Shown here: positions 22,549 through 34,065 of the stretch, piece by piece
How the letters are laid out: every line of letters starts with the position of its first letter
Position numbering within the stretch: the stretch's first letter is position 1
Source of the DNA: Macrostomum lignano
Taxonomy: Eukaryota
Assembly: GCA_002269645.1 (NCBI GenBank)
Contig: NIVC01001044.1
Location: forward strand, 34,641 to 98,640
DNA: 64,000 nucleotides
Reading direction: 5' to 3'
Program-made: the position numbers and the translations under genes
Notes under the pieces: model-generated
The model's database searches: none
Told to the model about the DNA's origin: nothing
What the model saw: the letters and a program-made list of their open reading frames with translations, nothing else

Positions 22549-25500
22549 ATGAGTGACCGCGAGGACAGGAGTGCCACTGCTGGCTCTCCAAATCCAGACG
22601 CTTCTGCTCAGGAAAGAAAGTTTGTGGCAAGCAACACTACAGACTCAGAGCCACTTCTTGCTAGTACCATTGCCGCACTGCACCGGTTGTTAGAAAATCA
22701 ATTCTCAAGAGAGTCCCGTTCTCAATCGTTCTACCAGAGTCAACAGAAGGAAACAGCTTCAGGCATTAAGCTTCGGCCGCCACCGTTGTTCACTTGCACC
22801 ACGAAGTTTGATGCCTGGGAAGCTCAGTTCAATGCGTACATTGAAGCTCATAGGGTTCCTTACTTTCAACAGACTGCAGTCCTGCTGTCCCTTCTGGCAC
22901 CAGAATGCCAGGAGTACTTTCTAAATAAAACTACACGGTCGAATTAACTTGTTTACAGCTCGGTGGTCAATGCATAGTCTCTGAGACCCATCTTTCTTCT
23001 TAACTAACACTATCGGTGATACCCAGTCTGAATAACAATCTCACGGATCAGACCTGTGAAGAGGCACTGAAGTCTATGAGAGCGCGTTACACTGACTCTA
23101 ACGTTAGGGAGAAAAGTTATATGGAACTAGTTGCCGCTCACCAGAACAGCACCGAATCGATTGCCGAGTTTTACGATAGGTTAGCATCTTATGCCCGGTT
23201 AGCAGACCTCTCATCAACCGAAGCTGAACCTTTATTACGAGCGAGGCTGTGCCATGGCATTCGGGATAAGGTGCTCGCAGAAAAACTCTTGCTTTGGAGC
23301 AGTGATGCAGGGGTGAGTGATGAGTCTAGTGGGGCAAAGGCTAAGACTGTCCCGTCTGCCGAGTTGGTTAAGAAGGCCAAGGAGATCGTTGGTATTCAGC
23401 AACTTCTGCAACCCGCTCCAAACTCCTCTGCGAATATCCGTGTCCTTGAAACCGAGAAGGCGTCTCTGGAGGCAAGAGTAGAAGAGCTAGAGAGACTCCT
23501 TCGACTCCAGAACCAGGCTGGAGTTTCCAAGCCTGTTGCTGTCAACCAACCACAACCATCTAACAAGTCAATCCAAAATTCAAACCAACACAAGCCACAT
23601 AACAAGCACAAGAATAAACAACCGCCAAATCACGGGGCAACTCAGCAATTTGGTACAGCGGTGTCCAGATCAAGGAAATGCTACAGGTGCGGTGGTGAGG
23701 ACCATTTCATTGCCGACTGTCCCATCACACCAGCACCTCCAATAGCTCACCAGACCGCTGCTAAGAGTCATCCTCCAAATAATCAGGCCCAGCATATGTC
23801 GGAGGTTGGTTCAATTGTTTCCTGGAAGGGGAACTTCGGGTTCATTCAATCAGAACAACTTCCCGACCAGCTCTTCTTTCACCGTGGTGAGCTGTCTGAA
23901 TCCTTGAACCGTTCGGCTGACCAGCACCAACTCGTGGGCACAAGAGTCCAATTCCATCGGAAAATTGACTCGGGCAAGAAGCGCGATCAGGCTTGTGGGG
24001 TAAGGCCAATTCCATCGATCAATCAGACACATTTAGGCCAAACTAGTTCCGATGAGCCTGCGGTGGATTCCAGCTTCTTTGTCCAGTTGCGAATCGGGGA
24101 CAACCAAGTCATGGCTTGCCTTGACTCGGGGGCAAACGCCAGCGTGATGGGGAAGCAAGCCATGGAGAGACTGGTTGAAGCCGATCCGATCAACAACATC
24201 TTTTCGCCAGCGCACAAAGACGCAAAGGCAACGGCTTTCAACGGGTCCACCACCCAGATTTTAGGCTCTTTGCGCTGCGAAGTTGAACTAGGCAAGATTA
24301 AAAAGCATCACGTTTTCCTTGTGACCGAAGAATCCACTGCTGAATCGCTCTTAGGTATTGATTTCCTCCGTGGTTTCCAGGTGCTGCTGGATTTCACCTG
24401 TGGCCAGGTACTCGTGGCCGGTGGAGCAGTGCCTGTGATCGAGGGCGATAAGGGGGTGTTTCGCATACGCCGTGTATTGGCTGCTTGTACCTCTGAGCTA
24501 CCACCTCACTCGGAAACCCTAGTGCCGAGTCGAGTGATTGACACTGTGCCAAACCTGAGTGGCACAGTCTCCTCTAAACTTTTCAATACAGACTCAGAAT
24601 TTTTTGTAGCTAGGTCAGTGGATAGAGTCAGCCCGACGAATCACGTGTTAGTCCGATTGCTAAATAGTAGCGATCAACCAGCTAGGATTGAGCGTGACCA
24701 AGAGATTGCATCTTTTCAAGAGCTCGGTCATGGAGAAGTTGTAGTACCAACTGCTCTGTCTGAGAAGGATTTTTCCATAGACAACTGCAATCTCCTCAAT
24801 AGTAAGCTTTCAAGATTACCACCACCAGAAAAAGGTACAGCAGAATGGCTTGTGAAACAGTTCCGACTCGACCAGTCCAGTCTGACTCCAAATCAATTAG
24901 CCCTAACTTTGCGCATGCTTAATTACTTTTTAAGCCAGATCTCACAGGATGATAGTGATCTCGGTCGCACAAAGCTACATGAAATGTCAATCGATCTGAT
25001 TGAGAAGGACAGTCGTCCGGTTCTGCTCGCTTCGAGGAGAACAACTCCAGCTCAAAAGGAGTTTTTAGATCAACATATTAGTCAATTGCTTAAGCAGGAT
25101 GTAATTGAAGAGTGTGATTCAGACTGGGTATCACCGATAGTGTTAGTTAAGAAGAAAGATGGGTCTCAGAGACTATGTATTGACTACCGAGCTGTAAACA
25201 AGTTAATTAGACCGTGTAGTTTTCCATTGCCATTAATTGAAGAGTCGTTTGACAGCCTGGCTGGTTCTTCGGTGTTCAGCAGCCTTGATTTAACCTCTGC
25301 CTATTGGCAGGTGGGAATCAAAGAAGAAGACAGAGATTTTACAGCTTTCTCTTGTCCACAGGGCACGTTTCGTTGGAAAGTAATACCATTCGGAATCAAA
25401 ACAGCCCCAGCGAATTTCGCTAAATTAATGCACAAGGTATTTCAGCCATTGCTTATGAAAGTTAGCCTAATTTACCTCGATGATATAATAATAAAAGCAC

Positions 25501-28500
25501 AGAATAATGACCAAATGATCGCGCACCTAGCGCTGGTGCTTTGGCAACTTCGCAAGGCCAATCTGAAGATTAAACCTGCGAAGTGTGAGCTATTTAAAGA
25601 CAGAGTTAAGTTCTTAGGGTTCATAGTCTCGTCTAACGGTATCGAAGCCGACCCAGCCAAGACTCGAGCGGTCCAAGAGTGGTGTAGACCGAAAGACAAG
25701 AAACAGTTAATGGCGTTTCTTGGCTTTGCCAACTATTATAGGAAATTCGTACAACGATTCTCAGTTATTGCCACGCCGCTGTACGCGCTGGCTAAAGGTT
25801 CGGAAAAGTTCGTGTGGTTAGAACGCCACGAACGCGCATTCCAAGAACTCAAGCGCTGTTTGTGCAACCCACCGGTATTAGCGTATCCGGACTTGTCTCC
25901 CGACAGTCGTGGGTTCGTGCTCGACTGCGACAGTTCACTTGAAGGAGTTGGCGGCGTGCTATCTCAGATTGGCCCAGATGGGTCAGAACAAGTCGTTGCG
26001 TACGCATCTAAGAAATTTTCACAGAGTCAGTCGAACTATTGTGCAACCATGCGCGAGTTACTAGGGTTAGTACTCATGCTAGAACACTTTCGTACATATC
26101 TGTTAGATCGACCTTTCACAGTCAGAGTGGATGCCGCAGCCCTGCAGTGGCTTCATTCTAAGAAACATGCCACAGGCATGCTCGCGCAGTGGCTCGCGAC
26201 CATAGATTTGTACGAATTCAAGATCGAACAGTCAGCTCTTGAAAGAGTCGGAGAATACGACTTTGAGGTCCAGTACCGGCCAGGGAAAGACCATGTCGTG
26301 GCAGATATGCTGAGCCGAAATCCTCGCTTTCGTGCCGATCACTTCGACTGCCCGTCATGCAGCACGGTACCTGAATTTCAAGAGAAATTTAAAAGCGAGA
26401 GGGCTAAAAAGTCAGCATCAGTTAACATCAGAAGGCAACAAGTTGACGCTGCAGTGCAATGCTCTGTAGCGGACGTATGTTGCCAGACAGACTCGCCTGT
26501 CACGAGCTGTCACAATATCGAAACAGTAGTAGCATCAGCCTGTCAAACCGAAACATTCACAAGCAACACATCAACACAGTGCACATTTTTCACTACAGTT
26601 CCGGTCACAGAGGCCGCTGTCGAAGCGACAATGCCAATCGAAACGTCTCGACTAGCAGTCAGGGTAGCTGAAGTCGAACAATCGGCATCCAGCGAATCCT
26701 CAGTCGAGTCAGTTGACCCGGAACTAGAATGGGCACGTGAATCACAAGAGACTTGCGTTGACATCGCTCAGCTGATCGATTGCGTGCAGGGCCGTACAGA
26801 AAAGCCTCCTAAGGCTAGCCTGCAGAGTTGCAGTCGTGAAGTTAGAATCTTGTGGTCGCTGTTCGATGAACTGAAAGTCGAAAATGGGCTCTTATATCAC
26901 CTTAAGCCGAAAAAGAACAAAAAATCAGTCAATAAGCTGTTAGTGATTCCAGAGACCGCAGATGTTGTCGAGTTGGTGTCAAAATACCACCGACAGCTCA
27001 ATCACTGCGGCATCACAAAAACCCTGACAGCTATTCGATCTCGTTTCGCCATCGCCGACCTAGAAACTTATGTCAAGGGAATCATAGCTGAGTGTGACGT
27101 CTGCGCCAGAACAAAAAAGTCAAAACTGAAGCATAAAGCCCCGCTGCAGCCCGAACTCTCGGGCTACCCGAACCAGGTGGTCCACGTCGATCACGCAGGT
27201 CCGTTTCCCGAGCAAGCAGGATATAGGTACTTGCTCGTGATGGTTGACCGATTTTCGGGTTTTGTAGAGGTCATTCCCGTAGCCGATGTCTCAGCGGAAA
27301 CGACTGCAGTCAATATCCTGACCGAATGGATCGCGAGATACGGGTGCATGGAACAGATAGTCTCGGACAACGGTACAGCCTTTGTCAACAGCACCGTATC
27401 TGAGCTCACTCGACTTCTCGAGGTGGACATGGCGCGTGTCACAGCACGACGTCCACAAGCGAACGGGAAGGTTGAGCGAATGATACAGACAGTTAAAGGT
27501 CAGATTCGTGCTATTTGCTTGGATCGGCAGTTCGATTGGCCTCTTGCAGCCCGGCTAGCAGCTCTCTCGATTCGGGCAACAGTCGCCGAATCCACTGGAT
27601 TTTCTCCCGCAAAGATCTTCTTTGGACACGAGCTAAATCTGCCACTGGATCTGGTTCATAATCCACCAGTTCAAGATAGGTACAGACCTGAACTGTATGC
27701 ACATTATCTGCACCAGACGCTCGTTGAGGTATCAGCGGCTGCGCGCCATGCCCGTGGAAAGGCCCAAGAGCGCCAAAAGCGCTACTATGACCGCAGCGCG
27801 CTGAACTCTAACTTCGAGATAGGCGATCTTGTATGGGTCCTCAACGCCGACCATCGTGGCCTCGACAGTGCTGTCTGGTTTGGACCATACAAGGTGGTGC
27901 AAAAGATTTCGGAGAGGAATTACAGACTCATTCCAGAATTCGCTAGAATAAATCCTTTGGAGCGCATTCCCAACCCGTCTCACAATGTGTACAATGTCGA
28001 TCGGATGAAGCGCTGTGTGCGCAAACAGACTTATGAAGATGTTGTGGACAGGTACGGGACTCGCATGCCAGCCAGAATGCCGTCGTCAAGAGTAGGCTTG
28101 CGAGGAGACGACCAGTCTACCTGGTTGTCTTCGTGCTCCATCAACGGTTCCAATCAAAGTGCTGCGACTCAACCGCTCCAGGTATCAGAAAGTGCGTCAT
28201 CAGCGCTTGTGGATGAGTCCCAGCAGGTTACCACAGTTGCCACTCCCGACCTGTCAGTTGCAGTGCCACCCCGCCGATGGAGCCCTTGGAAGGAGAGGCG
28301 GGAGTAATCGATGAAGGTGATCCGCACGAGGTTTCGAACGGTAAACAGAGTGGCAGAGCTGTGTTCGATGAAAATGGCGATCTGTTGGAGGAGGCGGCAG
28401 AAGATGTCACCGAGGAGCAAGCTCCGGCTGAAGACAGTCCCGTTAGGGGGGAAGCCGGTATGCCGGTAGAAGCCATCGAGGATCCTGACAGTGAGACCAC

Positions 28501-28633
28501 GATGGAAGCTGTCGCTCCACAAGAACAGATTGACGCCATTTCCTTGCCTCAATCGACACAGACGACTAGATCCGGAAGGATTGTTACCAAACCGGCACGT
28601 TTTCGAAATTTTCTAGCACAGCTATTTAATTAA
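22549..28633 (+). CDS. Gypsy Gag-Pol polyprotein: gag/capsid, coiled coil, CCHC knuckle, cold-shock domain, aspartic protease, RT, RNase H, integrase
   Basis: CYRCGGEDHFIADC (23679-23720); CLDSGANASVM protease; WVSPIVLVKKKDGSQRLCIDYR and IYLDDII RT; VLDCDSS...YCATMRELLG RNase H; HHCC zinc motif, VHVDHAGP, SDNG, NGKVER integrase core; GPY motif; TRSGRIVTKPARF tail (reached through a -1 shift at 28269-28272). Gag is interrupted between 22947 and ~23026. Confidence 0.95.
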
Positions 28634-29252
28634 TAAAAATCGATCGCAACTCGCTCGGACCGGGTAAAATTAATATTCATAAAATATTCCTTTAAAAACG
28701 CATAAAAACTAATATAATTGTCACAAGGAAAAAAATAAACAGGGTTGTTCCAAGATAACAAAGTACAGAGTTCATACATCATCAGTTCATACATGTAGTT
28801 TATGGTCCTAGAGTTTAGTTAATTTGCATCGTCATTCAATCGCGTGTCGTCTGTACTTAAGTAGCGCTTGTCGGTCTTTAGCGCGTTTTCTACCGCCGTT
28901 GTCAAGCCTGTGTGGCTGTGCAGAGCACCATAGGGTCTCTGTTCGTCTGGTTCCGGGGTCGGTTCCGGCGCCGTTGATCGGCGTGCCCTTGCGGTCGTTC
29001 TTGATCGGTCCCCGGCTGGGTTCGTGTTTGTGCGCGGACCTGAGCTCGCCTCCGGGCTTGCTCGAATTCTTTTCCCGTTTCTCTCGTGCTCCGTTTGCTT
29101 GGTGTTTCTAGGTTGCTAGGTGCGCCCTGTTTCGTCTCGCTTTGGTGTGTTCTCTTAGTCATAGGGTGTGCCTGTGCCGGTTTTGCGTCTCGTGATTTGC
29201 TTTGTAGTGTTTTGAGTTGGTTTGCGACACCTTTGATATTTCCTATAATTAA

Positions 29253-29627
29253 TCATTGTGTGTACTTTAATTCGGCTCTAACTCGTTGCACCAAATATCG
29301 TTCAATATTTTGAAATGCGAGAAGCATTTCTTTGACAAATATCTGTTTTAATTCCTGTTCGTTCCAATGCTTTGTGTATTTTTCAATATTTTCATCCGAA
29401 TAACTGATGCCAACAATACCAGTAATTGAACTCGCATGTAAATTATTTTGTTCGGTATTTTCGAAATAAGTTTTTGTTAATAATTCTTCATCGCTGTTCG
29501 ATATATTCGTATTTTCTGTTTTTCGTTTTTCAGTATTTTTTAGTAGAGGGGCGGGTGTGACAGTGTGATTCGTAGAATCGCGTGTATCGTATTTCTTTAT
29601 TTTCATATGCATACCGTATTCTTTCAT
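29253..29627 (-). CDS. Antisense ORF (124 aa) starting in the 3' LTR and crossing the PPT; candidate accessory gene
   Basis: Open for 124 codons in very AT-rich DNA; E/K-rich with an amphipathic-looking C-terminal helix. No homology recognised. Confidence 0.35.
   Translation of the reverse strand: MKEYGMHMKIKKYDTRDSTNHTVTPAPLLKNTEKRKTENTNISNSDEELLTKTYFENTEQNNLHASSITGIVGISYSDENIEKYTKHWNEQELKQIFVKEMLLAFQNIERYLVQRVRAELKYTQ
29542..29555 (+). promoter_or_regulatory. Polypurine tract
   Basis: agtagaggggcggg immediately 5' of the 3' LTR. Confidence 0.85.
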
Positions 29628-30204
29628 TTATTTTAACAATATTCGTACGTATTATTATCGCGCTATTTTTACTGTTAATTGCTTTGTTTTTTGTAGCCTC
29701 TTATGTATTTATTCTATTATTTGTATTTCATTCATATCGTTATTATTTATCGTAAAGTAGTCCTACCTATGTACATGTGCTGACGTATGTTATTCTTGTA
29801 TGATATATTTATCGATTAATTTGTACATGTACATTTCACCTGAGTGGGGTTTGTCTGGTTTTTGGATTAAGCTTGTTGTTATCTTGTTTACTCACCAATT
29901 ATAAAAATACACTTGCAGTCAGCGGCCGCTCTATCCTTTTGCTTCGTTGCTTCGCTTCTCGCTCTAAGCTTGCGGGTCCCTTAGCTGTCTGGCCTCTTTA
30001 CCTTAACCCTCTACCGCCTGCCTCAGCCCACCCACCAGTCAACTGAATCCTGACCGGCCCTTGCTAGGCGCATCAAATTAAGTACCTAACCAAACATACT
30101 AAATCTGCGATTTCACGCTAAGGATAAAATCGGCTGCTGATCTGCTGGTTTGTAGACTAATCCCAATTATCCGCTACACAAAGTCTTCCGCTTTATTCGT
30201 CACA
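29556..30204 (+). repeat. 3' LTR of the Gypsy element
   Basis: Matches the 5' LTR except ctggtttgtag versus ctggttcgtag. Confidence 0.97.
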
Positions 30205-30558
30205 ATTTGGAACCAAGGCAAATAACAATGTGAAAAAGACGAATAAATATCACGGCTCCTGTTTAAATACTGAGTAGAAAGCTTTCGCACGTCCGTCAAA
30301 CAAAGAATCGCGTTATATCGCAAGATAATCTTTTGTATTTCATTTTTTAGGAATAAATCATTCTTTTCGTGTTATACCAGCTAAATCACACCGTTGAAAA
30401 TCTTTGAATTTACAAAAAGCAGAAATCAAGTTAAAATCCAACTATCTATTTGCATAGTTTTCGTTTGCATGGTTAAAATACGAGTAGTATTCCGGTACAT
30501 AACGAAACCGAGGTATCGCTTATTCTATCAAGTCCACTGTCTTTACTCAGTTGAACTC

Positions 30559-30654
30559 AAGGACAACTTGATAACTCAGGACCAGAAACGAGCCTCATAC
30601 TTTTTTTCGCCATGAATTCGCTCGTTTCCGGTCCTGAGTTATCAAGTTGTCCTT
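30559..30654. repeat. Inverted repeat: 35-bp arms (1 mismatch), 26-nt loop
   Basis: aaggacaacttgataactcaggaccagaaacgagc (30559-30593) versus gctcgtttccggtcctgagttatcaagttgtcctt (30620-30654). Confidence 0.85.
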
Positions 30655-31182
30655 AGGTACGATGCTACACAACTCATTGTGCATTATGGCCTTAGTGTTC
30701 GTCCTCAAGACCTAGAGTTTCAGGACACTTCTAAATTACATGTACATGTAATCGCTTTCCAAACCTCGAACGATATTGCAGCTCTGCCACTTTCAATCTG
30801 ACTTGCCTTGACTCCTTTCTTAATTGAAGTACATTTAAGTTGTCATCATTTGGTCGGCTGCCTAGCTGATGAAAGCAAAAACCCAGAGAAAACAGGATGC
30901 GAAAAGCGATTGCGACCAATTAGGCCACCACGAGAAGTCAATTACGAGCGTACTTAGGAGTTGTTTTATTTGTTACTTCCGCCGAGAAGGCCGCCGAGAA
31001 ACTGAGGATTTGGATTCGTAAAACGTCTATTTTGAGGTTTACTAAAGTTTCAAGTTTTTTTCGATGATTTTAGGCAATATTTTTTTGCCAATATTTCATT
31101 ATATAAGTTCATTATTGCTTGGCGTGCCAATTGTAACTTCATGTCGAGTCTTATTAAATAGCAGATTAAAATAAGCAGCCGG

Positions 31183-32439
31183 TTAACAGAATTCTTCCAT
31201 CAGTTGAAACTCTGCAGGGCTCAGAGCTCTGGTGCTCATCGCAAAGCAAGCCATGCTGCCATTGAGACACGAGACGATCGGCAGAACGCAGCCGAGCTGC
31301 AGACGCTCGAATACGCTGCCAGGTGCGGAAAATGTTTCGGAGCTGATAATTGGCATTGGCACCAGGGAGCGGTTCCAATAGGCCTCGTACGTTGTCCCAT
31401 TGAATTGATAGCCAATTGACAGCTCAGCAGGTTGTTCAAGATTTGGCAACTTCTTTGAAGCTTGCATCGTCTGGAAGTCACTGCGCGAAGTCCAGAGAAT
31501 TGATAGTAGAGCCCCATTGAAACTCTTAAGCAGCAGTCCTGGTGGCGAACTCTTAGATGACTGTCGAAACATGAAGTATCCGTGTTCACTTAAACAGCAG
31601 GAGTTGGGGAGTCGTTCTATTACCTCGGAAGTTAAGTTTTAGTAAACAAGAAAACGTTTCTCACGTTTCACTCGTGACTCGATGCCGAACTCGCATGAAG
31701 AATGAGTAGGCGTTTTGATTCCCTATCAAATGCTCGAACCCCGGAGTTTGAGCAATCAGGTAAGAGCTGATGTGATTCTTGAACTCAGCTCCGTCAGTAC
31801 AAATTGGCACATTGCCGGAGAGTAGGCAAAACTGGCTGGGATCCACTTCGTTCACCAGGCCGCTCCGCCTGAAGCTGTAGAAGAGCTTCACCTGCAGCTG
31901 CCTAAACATCCGCGATCTCGCCTCTGGAACAATATTCAAGTTTCCCTAATAGAAAATCAAAATATTCCGGAAAGGAGATATACACTCTCTAAGTCTCGGC
32001 AAGCCCCACTGTCCACAAAAGAGAATGTCCGAGCACAGAAACGAACCAAGAGTTGTGACGAGAAAGTCAGACGCGTTTACTACCGCCAAGCTACAGTGCC
32101 CCTCAAGTTCCCCAACGAAAAGTAGTCTCATAAAAAATCCTCACCCTTGCCAGCGGACACCTTGCGATATGACTTGCAGTTCCCGGCTGACCAGCGCGCT
32201 ATCATGGAGCACTCCGACATTGCCAGGTAGCAAGCGCCTGCAGTTCCAGGACTAAAGTGAAATCCTTTGCACAGGGTCTGAGCACTGCAGACTCGAGCAC
32301 ACTGCATCGTATTTGTAATTTGCAGCTTTGGGTCAACCGATTTTGGACACATTTTAACCTTCTCGAACTGGACTACGTCGCTGGCTGTAGATTTTTCAAC
32401 TAGCAGAAGCAACAGCGCTGTCGCAAGAAAAATAGTCAT
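31183..32439 (-). CDS. Secreted PAN/Apple-domain + probable ConA/LamG-like protein, paralog B; exons 32439-32145, 31923-31665, 31588-31183 (319 aa)
   Basis: Signal peptide MTIFLATALLLLLVEKSTAS; PAN pattern MQCARVCSAQTLCKGFHF...CY; exon 2 LQVKLFYSFRRSGLVNEVD matches paralog A LQLLLFYRFKKNGLVNEVD; same intron phases (1, 2); open 960-nt CDS. Confidence 0.8.
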
Positions 32440-32754
32440 TTTAGAATTAACCTACTCGAAACTACGGGTAAGAACAGAAACTCACATCTGGAGCTGCAAT
32501 CTTCGGTACAGCTGTTTTTATATTGTAGCAACCATTGTTTGCTAATCATTGCAAGCTGGAGTCTGCTTGTGGAGCCAAAAGAGAAACTCTTTTTTATTTG
32601 CCGGTGAAACTAAACCGGACATCGGTAATACCTGTGCAAATGATCCGTAGGACACCACGAATCCTGTGCTTCCCTACTCCGGAAGCATGTCATGAATTTA
32701 CCTTAGTGCCAATTAGTGCCGTCACACGTAACACAAAGTTGATCTGACTGTCCA

Positions 32755-33053
<299 letters not shown>

Positions 33054-34065
33054 CATCCATATATTTATCAATTGATAAAGTGAAACTTTTTTTAGAAATG
33101 CCGAGGTGACCGGGTGCTCCAACTGAGTTGCACCAACGATGAGTTGCTGCTGCTGATGGCCACTTGTTTAACATCTGCTCTTCGTATGTTGCTATGTTGT
33201 ATTTTAGAGACAAAACGAAGTTTCAGATAGTAACTCAAAAGCCTGCATACATGTACATGTATTTTTAAGGCGAGTAATTCTCATAGCTGATTCTGGTTCT
33301 GCGCTGATCTAAACTGTTTACCTTCTTAACACGATTTTTTAACTGCTTTGAGACAAAATTATTTTTTAGACTAAAACATATTTGTATATGGAAAAAGAAA
33401 TGGACAAGCAGACACTCGGAGAGGCAGACACTTTTTTATTGTAATCGGTCACTGTCAGTGTCACTTAATACATCTGTCACTACATTTATTACTTTTTAAA
33501 TTTCACTGTTCCAGACAGCTCTGTGCAGTTTCCATTATCAATCCGAGTATTTCCGAGTAGTCCATGATAAAAAACTTGTGAATACCTTCGCTCCAATTGA
33601 CTTGTATTGAGTTTGTCAGCAGTTGATTTGCATTGATGCCTCAGTCTCTATCTCTCTGAGCACATACTATGAGCTAATACAGACTACACAGGTGCGCACT
33701 TAAACACACAAACAGAAATTTGTTTCTCATTTATCCCGATGATTTTTAAATATTCCTATTCATTATCCCCGCAAGCTGCTTTTCCCTTTTGACTCTTGAA
33801 TTGAGTGCTAAAATTTAAATTCATTTATTGACGCAGACACACGGTGGGCCTAATGGTCTTGGCGCCACCCCCGCAGTAGAAAAGAGATCCCGATGGAGGC
33901 TCATGCGGCTGCGACTGAAAGCAAATCGAGTCTCCCAACGTCACTCGGCTCACTGATTCTGGCTAAGGGCACATCGAGTTAATGCATGGAGCTAATGGAT
34001 TTCAATCCGGCTCACGCCGCGCTGACAGCTCTGTTTACCGATAGGCAAGCGGCTGCCTTCTGAGA

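Larger units (their letters stand above)
21162..30204 (+). mobile_element. Full-length Ty3/Gypsy LTR retrotransposon, 9043 bp, very recent insertion
   Basis: TG...CA LTRs 21162-21810 and 29556-30204 (649 bp each; one substitution seen by eye), 4-bp TSD ATTT, PBS, PPT, and gag-PR-RT-RH-IN order. Confidence 0.98.
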
